Assembly: GCF_000406145.1 (NCBI RefSeq)
Contig: NZ_CM001976.1
Span: 2,141,443-2,173,442 of the forward strand
Direction: 5' to 3'
Origin: Dickeya dadantii NCPPB 898
GTDB taxonomy: Bacteria > Pseudomonadota > Gammaproteobacteria > Enterobacterales > Enterobacteriaceae
Length of the DNA stretch: 32,000 bases
Shown here: in pieces, positions 25,178-32,000 of the stretch
Position numbering within the stretch: the stretch's first letter is position 1
Layout of the letters: every line of letters begins with the position of its first letter
Program-made: the position numbers and the translations under genes
Notes under the pieces: generated by a model
What the model was told of the DNA's origin: nothing
Seen by the model: only the letters and a program-made list of their open reading frames with translations
The model's database searches: none

Positions 25178-27142
25178 TCAAAATGAAGCCCAGTCGTCCT
25201 GCTGACCTTTGGCGGCTGGTTTAGCTAATGCCTTACTCTTACCGGCGGCGGGCAGGGCTTGCAGCGGGCGGCGCGGGTTATTGAGTGGAGCAGGGCGCGC
25301 TGACGGCGCGGAGGATTCGGACAGCCGGAAGGTTGCGACCAGTTTTTCCAGCAGCATCGCCTGTTCTTCCAGCGTATTGGCGGCAGAGGATGACTGCGAA
25401 ACCAGCGCGGCGTTTTGCTGTGTGGTGCTGTCCAGCTCGGTAATGGCGCGGGAGATCTGTTCGATACCGCGGCTTTGCTCTTCTGAGGCGGAAGAAATTT
25501 CGCCCATAATGTCGTTAACGCGGGATACCGAGTTGACGATGCTCTCCATGGTTTGTCCCGCTTCCGCCACCAGCGTACTGCCGGCGTTGGTTCTTTCCAC
25601 TGATTCGGCGATCAGCGCGGCGATATCCTTGGCGGCCTGGGAACTACGCTGGGAGAGGTTGCGCACCTCGCCGGCCACCACGGCAAAACCGCGTCCTTGT
25701 TCGCCGGCACGGGCGGCTTCCACCGCAGCGTTCAACGCCAGAATATTGGTCTGGAAGGCGATGCTATTGATGACGGCGGTGATATCAGCGATTTTCCGTG
25801 AGCTGGCGGCGATATCATCCATGGTTTTCACCACGTTCTGCACCACTTCGCCGCCCTTGTGCGCATTTTGTGACGCATCGGAGGCAATCTGGCTGGCATG
25901 ACGGGCGTTTTCGGTGTTGTTTTTCACCGTTGAGGTCAGTTCTTCCATGCTGGCGGCGGTTTGCACCACGGCGGCGGATTGCTGTTCAGTCCGGGACGCG
26001 AGATCGCTGTTGCCGGCGGCAATGTCGGCGGCGGAATGAGTGACATGGCCCACGCTGTCGCGGACATCGGAAATCATCTGACGCAGACGATCATTCATGG
26101 CCGCCATGGCGGCGGTCAACTTGCCCAGCTCATCGTGGCGATCTACTTCAATGGTGGCGGTCAGGTCGCCGCTGGCGATACGTTCCGCCAGCATCAGGTT
26201 ATGCATCACCGGGCGGGTAATTTGGCGAATGATATAGACGGCGATCAGGATACCGATGACTACGGCGATCAACCCGATCAGCAGCGTAATGTTGGCTGAG
26301 CCGTACGCCAGCGCATCGTTCTGGTTTTTCACCGTTGTGATCAGGGACTTGATCACCGCGCTGCTTTTATCCCCGCCGATCTTCACGGCATTTTCCGCTT
26401 TTTTCAAATCGCTCCAGGCGCGGGAGTAGTCCTGATTCTGTGAGGCGTATTGCGCGGTGTATTTCCAGAGCGCTTCCGCCAGTTTTTGCGTGTCGCCGGA
26501 AAGCGTCGGCAGCAGGGCTTGATACGCTTTCTGCACCTCGGCATAGCGGCTGTTAAACGCCTTGGCGGCATCGTCAGTGCCGGTAAGCTGCAATTCATAC
26601 GAGAGGTTTTTCAGCGACGCGGTGGCGTAAGCCAATTCATCCACGCGTTGATACAAGGCGCTGTCCAACTGTTGGTTTTGCAGGCCGTCGCGAAAACTTT
26701 TAACGGCATCCTGCGCATTCAGCGTGGCTATCTGCTTTCTCAGCGCGACGACCTGTTGCGTGGCGGTTGACATATCCGCGACCGATTTCTGGAAATCCAC
26801 CATGACCTTGTCCAGATCATTGATGTAACCGAGCTCGTCGCTGTGCCAGGAAAGCGTGTGGGCGCTTTGAGTCAGCTCGGCGGCGTGTTTGACGAAACCG
26901 GTCAGAACGGCTTGGGTGCTGTCGTCCGGGGTATAGAAATATTTCAGGCGGTTGATTTTGGCCTGGAAAACTTCAATGTTGATGTTGTAAATCAGATTGG
27001 TTTTGTCGTAGATGTCGCGAATGTCACGAAAGCGTATGGCGCTTAGCGAGGACGCCATCACCACCAGCAATAACACTACGCCGAATCCCAGGTAGAGTTT
27101 GTGAGAAATTTTGGTATTTTTTATCGTGCTGCTGAAGCCCAT
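25178..27142 (-). CDS. Methyl-accepting chemotaxis protein with a long helical periplasmic sensor (HBM-size), HAMP and a C-terminal DWASF tether
   Basis: A 654-aa ORF with a perfect AAGGAG RBS 7 nt upstream. TM1 spans about aa 15-36 and TM2 about aa 285-306, leaving a periplasmic region of about 248 aa. A HAMP domain and the conserved signalling hairpin (…[21 protein letters not shown]…[36 protein letters not shown]…) follow. The C-terminus …QQDDWASF fits the xWxxF CheR/CheB-docking pentapeptide. Confidence 0.93.
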   Translation of the reverse strand: MGFSSTIKNTKISHKLYLGFGVVLLLVVMASSLSAIRFRDIRDIYDKTNLIYNINIEVFQAKINRLKYFYTPDDSTQAVLTGFVKHAAELTQSAHTLSWHSDELGYINDLDKVMVDFQKSVADMSTATQQVVALRKQIATLNAQDAVKSFRDGLQNQQLDSALYQRVDELAYATASLKNLSYELQLTGTDDAAKAFNSRYAEVQKAYQALLPTLSGDTQKLAEALWKYTAQYASQNQDYSRAWSDLKKAENAVKIGGDKSSAVIKSLITTVKNQNDALAYGSANITLLIGLIAVVIGILIAVYIIRQITRPVMHNLMLAERIASGDLTATIEVDRHDELGKLTAAMAAMNDRLRQMISDVRDSVGHVTHSAADIAAGNSDLASRTEQQSAAVVQTAASMEELTSTVKNNTENARHASQIASDASQNAHKGGEVVQNVVKTMDDIAASSRKIADITAVINSIAFQTNILALNAAVEAARAGEQGRGFAVVAGEVRNLSQRSSQAAKDIAALIAESVERTNAGSTLVAEAGQTMESIVNSVSRVNDIMGEISSASEEQSRGIEQISRAITELDSTTQQNAALVSQSSSAANTLEEQAMLLEKLVATFRLSESSAPSARPAPLNNPRRPLQALPAAGKSKALAKPAAKGQQDDWASF

Positions 27143-27244
27143 TGCCTTACTCCTTGAAATAAATTACCTGAGTGTTGTTATTGGTCTGGTGCCGTGAACA
27201 TCGGTGGTGCATTAGCCTGCGTTTTGCGACGTCCGGCCAGTATG

Positions 27245-27272
27245 TTATCGGTGTCTGCAGTAGAGAGATTTA
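27245..27272 (-). promoter_or_regulatory. Sigma-28 (FliA)-type promoter for the chemoreceptor gene
   Basis: The minus strand reads TAAATCTC-N12-ACCGATAA, compared with the consensus TAAAGTTT-N11-GCCGATAA. The -10 element matches 7 of 8 positions. It lies about 100 nt upstream of the MCP ATG. Confidence 0.5.
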
Positions 27273-27465
27273 GTCGTACTTACGCTGTTTGATGGTTTTT
27301 TGTGACGTGAGGCCGTTTATCTGGAGAAATGTCTGGGCAGATTAGGTTTGTTGACTGAATTTGGCGCTCCCAACCGGAAATATGTCAGACGGCTGGCTGG
27401 GGAACGCCATACCGGCGAAAGGCGGCCAGATATGGCGTACAGACGCGAGTGTCCGAACGTGCGGG

Positions 27466-28191
27466 TCAGTCCAGGTGTTTTTTACGGTAGAGGCGCCGGG
27501 GGTGACCGATCTTGCCGTAGCGCATTTCTACATCCAGAAAATGGTTTTCAAGCCCGAATTCCAGATAACGCCGGGCCGTGGTTTTGCTTAATCCGGTTTT
27601 CTCCACGACGTCATCTACGGAAAACAGGGCTTCCGGCTCGTCCTGAAAGATCTGCTTGATCAGACTGAGGGTGTTTTCTTCGATGCCCTTGCTGCCCGGC
27701 CCGTTAGGCACGGTAGACGCTTGCAACTGGTAAAGTACGTCCACGTTCTGTTGATCGACGACTTTGTAGGTATGCTGGGTTTTGACGAACTGGATAAAGC
27801 GCTCCAGCGATGAACGCAGCCGCGGGTAGGATACTGGTTTGATGATGTAATCAAAGGCGCCGCACCGGATGGCTTGCGCACAGGTATTCATGTCGCTGGC
27901 GGCGGTGATGAAAATCACCGAACAGTTGATGCTGCGCATCAGGTCGCTTTCGATAAGCTGAACGCCTTCGCCGTCCGGCAGGTAGTTATCCAGCAGCATC
28001 AACCGGGGCTTGTACTGCTGCAACATGCGTTTAGCTTCGTTCAGGGTTGATGCGGTGCCCACCACCCGCAGCGCGAAATTTTTTTCGATAAATTCCGCGT
28101 GGATATTCGCCAGCTTCCTTTCATCTTCAACGATCAGCACGTCGAAGTTTTCAATGGCTCGTTCAGTCGGCATGGTGCTCGCAATCGGCAT
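27466..28191 (-). CDS. citB: CitB/DcuR-family response regulator
   Basis: A 241-aa ORF with the receiver motifs VLIVEDE…LMLLDNYLPDGEG…FITAASD…GAFDYIIKP and the C-terminal HTH TGLSKTTARRYLEF, typical of CitB/DpiA. It starts 24 nt downstream of the kinase gene. The symbol is assigned by family resemblance only. Confidence 0.88.
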   Translation of the reverse strand: MPIASTMPTERAIENFDVLIVEDERKLANIHAEFIEKNFALRVVGTASTLNEAKRMLQQYKPRLMLLDNYLPDGEGVQLIESDLMRSINCSVIFITAASDMNTCAQAIRCGAFDYIIKPVSYPRLRSSLERFIQFVKTQHTYKVVDQQNVDVLYQLQASTVPNGPGSKGIEENTLSLIKQIFQDEPEALFSVDDVVEKTGLSKTTARRYLEFGLENHFLDVEMRYGKIGHPRRLYRKKHLD

Positions 28192-28215
28192 GGTACGCGT
28201 ATTCCCTGTTTTTGG

Positions 28216-29811
28216 TTATATGGTGGTTTTCGGAATGAAAATAGAAAAAATAGCGCCGTGAGGCGAATTGTCAGAAACCTCGATCACACCCTGTGCCTGG
28301 CTGACATAGCTGGAAACCAGATGCAGACCCAGCCCGTGATCGCCTTCCTGCTTGCTGGTAACGCCCATTTCAAATACCCGATCCGCAATGGCGGGGTCAA
28401 TCCCTGTACCTTGATCGGCCACTTCAATGACCAGTTCCTGCTCACCATCGTGGATATACACTTCGACAGGATGATAAGTCGGGGTACTGGCCAGCGTAGC
28501 TTCTACTGCATTATCGATTAAATTCCCAATAATTGACATCAACTCTGTTTCGCTAAGAGAAGCGGGGATGCCGTTAAGCTGGCAGCGCGGATCAAAACGC
28601 AGCTCAATGCCTTTTTCACGGGCGCTGGCGTACTTGCCCAGCAGCAGGCCGCAAAGCGCCGGAGAACAAAAGCGGCTGGAGATGAAATCCAGCACCACCT
28701 GCGCCCCTTCGGACTGCGCCTCAATGTAACGCACGGCTTCGTCATAACGGCGCAAGTGCAACAGCCCGGCCAGCGTGGCGGTCCAGTTCAGCTGTTCGTG
28801 CCGCAGAATGCGCAGGCTGTTGGCGTAGCGTTTCACCTGGCTGAGTTGCATGCTCAGGGTGTGGAGATCGTTCTTGTCGCGAAAGCTGATCACCCAACCC
28901 TGCAGCTCGTCCTCCAGCATGATGCGTACGCGGCTGGCGATAACCGTAATCTGATTGAAGCGGCAGATTTCATCATGGGTATCGTTGATCCAGATATCTT
29001 TATTGGAGAAGAACGGCACCGGCGCAATCACGTCATCGATCGATTTACCGCGTAACTGATACGAAGGCATCGGCAGGCCCAGCAAATCTTTTGCCGCATG
29101 GTTGATCACCGCGATATTGCGTTGTTTGTCGATGGCGATCACGCCTTCATAAATGGACTCCAGCAGCGCCTTTTGTTGCCTGACCAGCAGCCGGATTTCC
29201 AGCGGCTCCAGCCCGAACATCTGCTTTTTCAGGTTACGGGAGAACCACCAGGAAAAGAAGAACAGCGCGACCAACATGGCAATGATTCCCAGGCTGACAT
29301 GCGCGACTTTGCTGAACGTCAGGTTGTCGATACGCTTTTTCAGATACCCCACCGATACAATGCCGATAACCTGATCGCCCTCCATGATCGGCGCTTTGCT
29401 GCGCAGCGAAATACCGATGGCGCCGCGCCGCAGCGTGATGGTGCTTTGGCCTTCCAGTACCTCTTTGTTATCGCCGCCGATCATTTCGGTGCCGAGCAGC
29501 GAAGGTTCTTCCGAATGATAAAGGTGGGTGGCGTTGCGATCGCCGATGACGATAAAACTGGCGTCGCTGCGCGCTTTAATTTGATCTACCAGGTCGTCGA
29601 TGGTGACTGTGTCGCCGTGTTTCACCGCCTCAATCAGCGAGGGAATAATGGCGATTTCACGCGCCTGAATCTGCGCCCGGCTGCCCAGTTCGTCATAGAG
29701 TTGCTGGTCTACCGCCCGGTAATAGTAAAGCCCCGCGGTGATCAGCAGCAGAGAAAAAAAGATCATCAGGTAGATGAACAGCTTGAGATGGAACGATAGC
29801 CTGACAGTCAT
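28216..29811 (-). CDS. citA: CitA/DcuS-family sensor histidine kinase (periplasmic PAS/PDC sensor)
   Basis: A 531-aa ORF with two TM segments flanking a periplasmic domain of about 130 aa. The motifs …ISLRSKAPI…VIGIVSVGY… closely resemble CitA (SLRGKSPI…VIGIVSVGY). A cytoplasmic PAS domain, the phospho-His box LRILRHEQLNW and HATPase motifs (IGNLIDNA, DQGTGI, GLGLHL) follow. The symbol is assigned by resemblance; ligand specificity is uncertain (see findings). Confidence 0.88.
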   Translation of the reverse strand: MTVRLSFHLKLFIYLMIFFSLLLITAGLYYYRAVDQQLYDELGSRAQIQAREIAIIPSLIEAVKHGDTVTIDDLVDQIKARSDASFIVIGDRNATHLYHSEEPSLLGTEMIGGDNKEVLEGQSTITLRRGAIGISLRSKAPIMEGDQVIGIVSVGYLKKRIDNLTFSKVAHVSLGIIAMLVALFFFSWWFSRNLKKQMFGLEPLEIRLLVRQQKALLESIYEGVIAIDKQRNIAVINHAAKDLLGLPMPSYQLRGKSIDDVIAPVPFFSNKDIWINDTHDEICRFNQITVIASRVRIMLEDELQGWVISFRDKNDLHTLSMQLSQVKRYANSLRILRHEQLNWTATLAGLLHLRRYDEAVRYIEAQSEGAQVVLDFISSRFCSPALCGLLLGKYASAREKGIELRFDPRCQLNGIPASLSETELMSIIGNLIDNAVEATLASTPTYHPVEVYIHDGEQELVIEVADQGTGIDPAIADRVFEMGVTSKQEGDHGLGLHLVSSYVSQAQGVIEVSDNSPHGAIFSIFIPKTTI

Positions 29812-30034
29812 AATGTGCTAATCACCGCTAAACCACGGAAACGAAGATGGCTAATTTATCATGAAAGGCGTACAAGAAAGGGTATAAAAAATAGTCTTGT
29901 GAAGCGCTCCGCGTAAATTGTGAAAATAGTATTCTTATTTCTGCATTCTTAAATAAAGCGTAAATTAAGCGTCACGGGTAGAGGACAATTTAATTACTTT
30001 TTTTCAACATATAATCTCATCGCTGGAATAGGGG

Positions 30035-30070
30035 CCATTAATCCCATAGAAACCATAAAAACCACGAAAA
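30035..30070. repeat. Array 1 of four tandem 9-bp repeats (CCATnAAnn)
   Basis: CCATTAATC | CCATAGAAA | CCATAAAAA | CCACGAAAA are contiguous in the citA/transporter divergent intergenic region. Confidence 0.8.
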
Positions 30071-30127
30071 TAACCCTCATGAGTCACTCTTTTATTTAAT
30101 TGATTTTTAATCATAAATTAATAAAAA

Positions 30128-30163
30128 CCATAAAAACCATAAGTGCCATTAAAACTCATTTTT
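30128..30163. repeat. Array 2 of four tandem 9-bp repeats (CCATnAAnn)
   Basis: CCATAAAAA | CCATAAGTG | CCATTAAAA | CTCATTTTT. The array starts 93 bp after array 1 and ends 76 bp upstream of the transporter ATG. Confidence 0.8.
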
Positions 30164-30238
30164 TAATTTGAGGATTATCACATAATAATTGCTGTCGGCC
30201 TCTTACTATGCCCGGGAAAATAACAAGGGGAGAAGGTT

Positions 30239-31606
30239 ATGAGTACCACTGATGATTCCTATATCGTTGTGAAAGAGGAGACCTCTGGGAAGGTTTCATT
30301 AAAAGAAAAATGGTGGCACATTCTTGATAATTACAAGATTGGCGTTATTCCGCTGCCGCTGTTTGTTCTGGCCGGGGTATTGATTACGCTGGAGTGTCTG
30401 GAAGGTAAACTGCCGAGTGATATCGTGGTGATGGTCGCCACGCTGGCGTTCTTCGGTTTTGCCTGCGGCGAGTTCGGCAAACGTCTGCCGCTTATCGGCA
30501 AAATGGGGGCGGCGGCCATCTGCGCCACCTTTATCCCTTCCGCACTGGTGTATTACGGCCTGCTGCCGCAGGTGGTAGTGGACTCTACTACTAAGTTCTA
30601 CAAATCCACCAACATTCTGTATCTGTATATCTGCTGCATTATCGTCGGCAGCATCATGAGCATGAACCGGCAGACGCTGATTCAGGGCTTCCTGCGTATT
30701 TTCTTCCCCATGTTGTGCGGTGAAGTGGTCGGCATGCTTGTTGGCATGGGCGTTGGGATGGCGTTGGGCCTGGAACCGTTCCAGATCTTCTTCTTCCTGG
30801 TACTGCCGATCATGGCGGGCGGCGTGGGCGAAGGGGCGATTCCGCTCTCGATTGGCTATGCCGCTCTACTGCATATGGAACAAGGCGTCGCGCTGGGCCG
30901 TATCCTGCCGATCGTTATGCTGGGCAGCCTGACCGCCATCATTATCGCCGGCGTACTGAATCAGTTGGGTAAACGCTATCCGCACCTGACCGGTGAAGGT
31001 GAGTTGATGCCGAACAAGACGAACGGTACCGAACAGGCGCCGGCTTCGCTGACCAGTACCCTGAGCGGCAAGATGGACCCGGCCAATCTGGCGGCGGGCG
31101 CGCTGCTGGCCATCCTGCTCTACATGGTAGGGATGTTGGGCTTCAAATGGATCGGTCTGCCGGCTCCGGTAGGCATGCTGTTCGCCGCCGTTATCGTAAA
31201 ACTGATCAATGGTGCCTCTCCGCGTCTGCTGGAAGGTTCCCAGGTGGTTTACAAATTCTTCCAGACCTCGGTGACCTACCCGATTCTGTTCGCCGTGGGT
31301 GTGGCTATCACGCCGTGGCAAGAGCTGGTGCACGCGTTCACCATTACCAATCTGCTGGTGATTGTCTCTACCGTGACCGCGCTGGTGGCCACCGGTTTCT
31401 TCGTTGGTAAGAAAATCGGCATGCATCCGATTGATGTTGCGATCGTGTCCTGCTGCCAGAGCGGGCAGGGCGGTACCGGCGACGTGGCTATTCTCACTGC
31501 CGGCAACCGTATGGTGCTGATGCCGTTCGCTCAGATTGCCACCCGTATCGGTGGGGCAATCAACGTCTCCGTGGCCTTGCTGGTTCTTGGCAAGTTCCTG
31601 GTGTGA
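30239..31606 (+). CDS. 2-hydroxycarboxylate transporter family (CitS/CimH/MaeN-like) citrate/malate-type cation symporter
   Basis: A 455-aa polytopic membrane protein with a GGGGAGAAGG RBS. It has the two 2-HCT re-entrant hairpin motifs LPIMAGGVGEGAIPLS and CCQSGQGGTGDVAIL, and the conserved Arg in …FAQIATRIGG…, compared with CitS GGNGAGAVPLS / NRGGSGD / …SSRLGG. Confidence 0.88.
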   Translation: MSTTDDSYIVVKEETSGKVSLKEKWWHILDNYKIGVIPLPLFVLAGVLITLECLEGKLPSDIVVMVATLAFFGFACGEFGKRLPLIGKMGAAAICATFIPSALVYYGLLPQVVVDSTTKFYKSTNILYLYICCIIVGSIMSMNRQTLIQGFLRIFFPMLCGEVVGMLVGMGVGMALGLEPFQIFFFLVLPIMAGGVGEGAIPLSIGYAALLHMEQGVALGRILPIVMLGSLTAIIIAGVLNQLGKRYPHLTGEGELMPNKTNGTEQAPASLTSTLSGKMDPANLAAGALLAILLYMVGMLGFKWIGLPAPVGMLFAAVIVKLINGASPRLLEGSQVVYKFFQTSVTYPILFAVGVAITPWQELVHAFTITNLLVIVSTVTALVATGFFVGKKIGMHPIDVAIVSCCQSGQGGTGDVAILTAGNRMVLMPFAQIATRIGGAINVSVALLVLGKFLV

Positions 31607-31670
31607 CGGTTGTATGACAAAAACAAATAACGCCGCGATAGCAAGCGGCCTTATTTAAACGGGAAAGATT

Positions 31671-32000
31671 ATGAAACTTGCAAGTTACCGCCATCACGGC
31701 AAAAACAGCTACGGGATCCACACGCCGGCGGGCCTGATTGATTTGGGAAGCCGCCTCGGCGACCGTTATCCGGACCTGAAAGCCTTGCTGGCGGGCGATG
31801 CGCTCCAGGACGCCGCGGCGTTCCAGAGCCAGGCGCCGGACGTCGCCGTGGCCGACGTGACCTTCCTGCCGGTGATTGTGTCGCCGTCCAAAATCCTGTG
31901 CGTCGGCATGAACTACGCCGACAAACGTAAAGAGTTCAACGAGCAGAACCCGGCGCCGACCCTGTTTGTGCGGTTCGCCGACTCGCAGACCGGCCACGGC
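31671..32000 (+). CDS. Fumarylacetoacetate hydrolase (FAH) family protein, N-terminal 110 aa (continues beyond the window)
   Basis: Not in the ORF track because it is open at the right edge. The ATG at 31671 follows a GGGAAAG RBS. The translation MKLASYRHHGKNSYGIHTPAGLIDLGSRL…SKILCVGMNYADKRKEFNEQNPAPTLFVRFADS shows the FAH-family N-terminal domain plus the KIxCVGxNY core motif. Confidence 0.8.
   Translation, partial: MKLASYRHHGKNSYGIHTPAGLIDLGSRLGDRYPDLKALLAGDALQDAAAFQSQAPDVAVADVTFLPVIVSPSKILCVGMNYADKRKEFNEQNPAPTLFVRFADSQTGHG

Noticed and set aside
27399-27437. A CGCCATA…TATGGCG stem downstream of citB, considered as a terminator.
   Set aside because: The stem is 7 bp with a 19-nt loop and no U tract. 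That is too weak to call, and read-through from citB toward the MCP gene cannot be excluded.
30100-30114. TTGAT-TTTTA-ATCAT between the two 9-bp repeat arrays, considered as an FNR or CRP site.
   Set aside because: The half-site spacing is 5 nt, not the 4 nt required for FNR, and there is no TGTGA/TCACA for CRP. It may simply be part of the AT-rich spacer.
30035-30163. The tandem repeats considered as a CRISPR array or minisatellite.
   Set aside because: The units are 9 bp and contiguous with no spacers, and there are no cas genes. This is far too short for CRISPR, so I interpret the arrays as a regulatory repeat architecture instead.

Overview
Enterobacterales-type chromosomal window, possibly a Pectobacteriaceae-like genome (genus not determinable here). 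Most of it is conserved housekeeping sequence. Two blocks that lie far apart in E. coli K-12 are joined here. Block 1 (1-13.5 kb) holds a partial LysR-family regulator, then pflA-pflB-focA and ycaO on the minus strand, and serC-aroA, cmk-rpsA and ihfB on the plus strand. Block 2 (16.7-25 kb) holds the complete his operon hisLGDCBHAFI on the minus strand, with its His-codon leader and attenuator, plus divergent yeeZ. An AT-richer segment of about 3.2 kb (13.5-16.7 kb) joins the blocks. It carries two convergent accessory genes: a 631-aa amidohydrolase-3 (YtcJ-like) enzyme with a Cys-rich N-terminal extension, and an orphan 211-aa Sec-secreted Cys-containing protein. The right third (25-32 kb) is an organic-acid sensing and uptake neighbourhood. 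It contains a chemoreceptor with a long helical periplasmic domain, a sigma-28-type promoter and a C-terminal xWxxF tether. It also contains a CitA/CitB-like two-component system, a divergent 2-hydroxycarboxylate transporter (2-HCT family) and the start of an FAH-family hydrolase gene. There are no citrate lyase or oxaloacetate decarboxylase genes in the window. Three points stand out: two phased arrays of 9-bp CCATnAAAA repeats in the citA/transporter divergent promoter, an Arg-to-His change in the conserved R-x-x-H ligand motif of the CitA-like sensor, and the uncharacterised accessory pair at the synteny junction. I found no CRISPR array, rRNA or tRNA gene, transposase, integrase or recognisable defence system. 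The long antisense ORFs in the six-frame track look like GC-driven artefacts. I cannot support a claim of a wholly new system from sequence alone, and the candidates are ranked accordingly.
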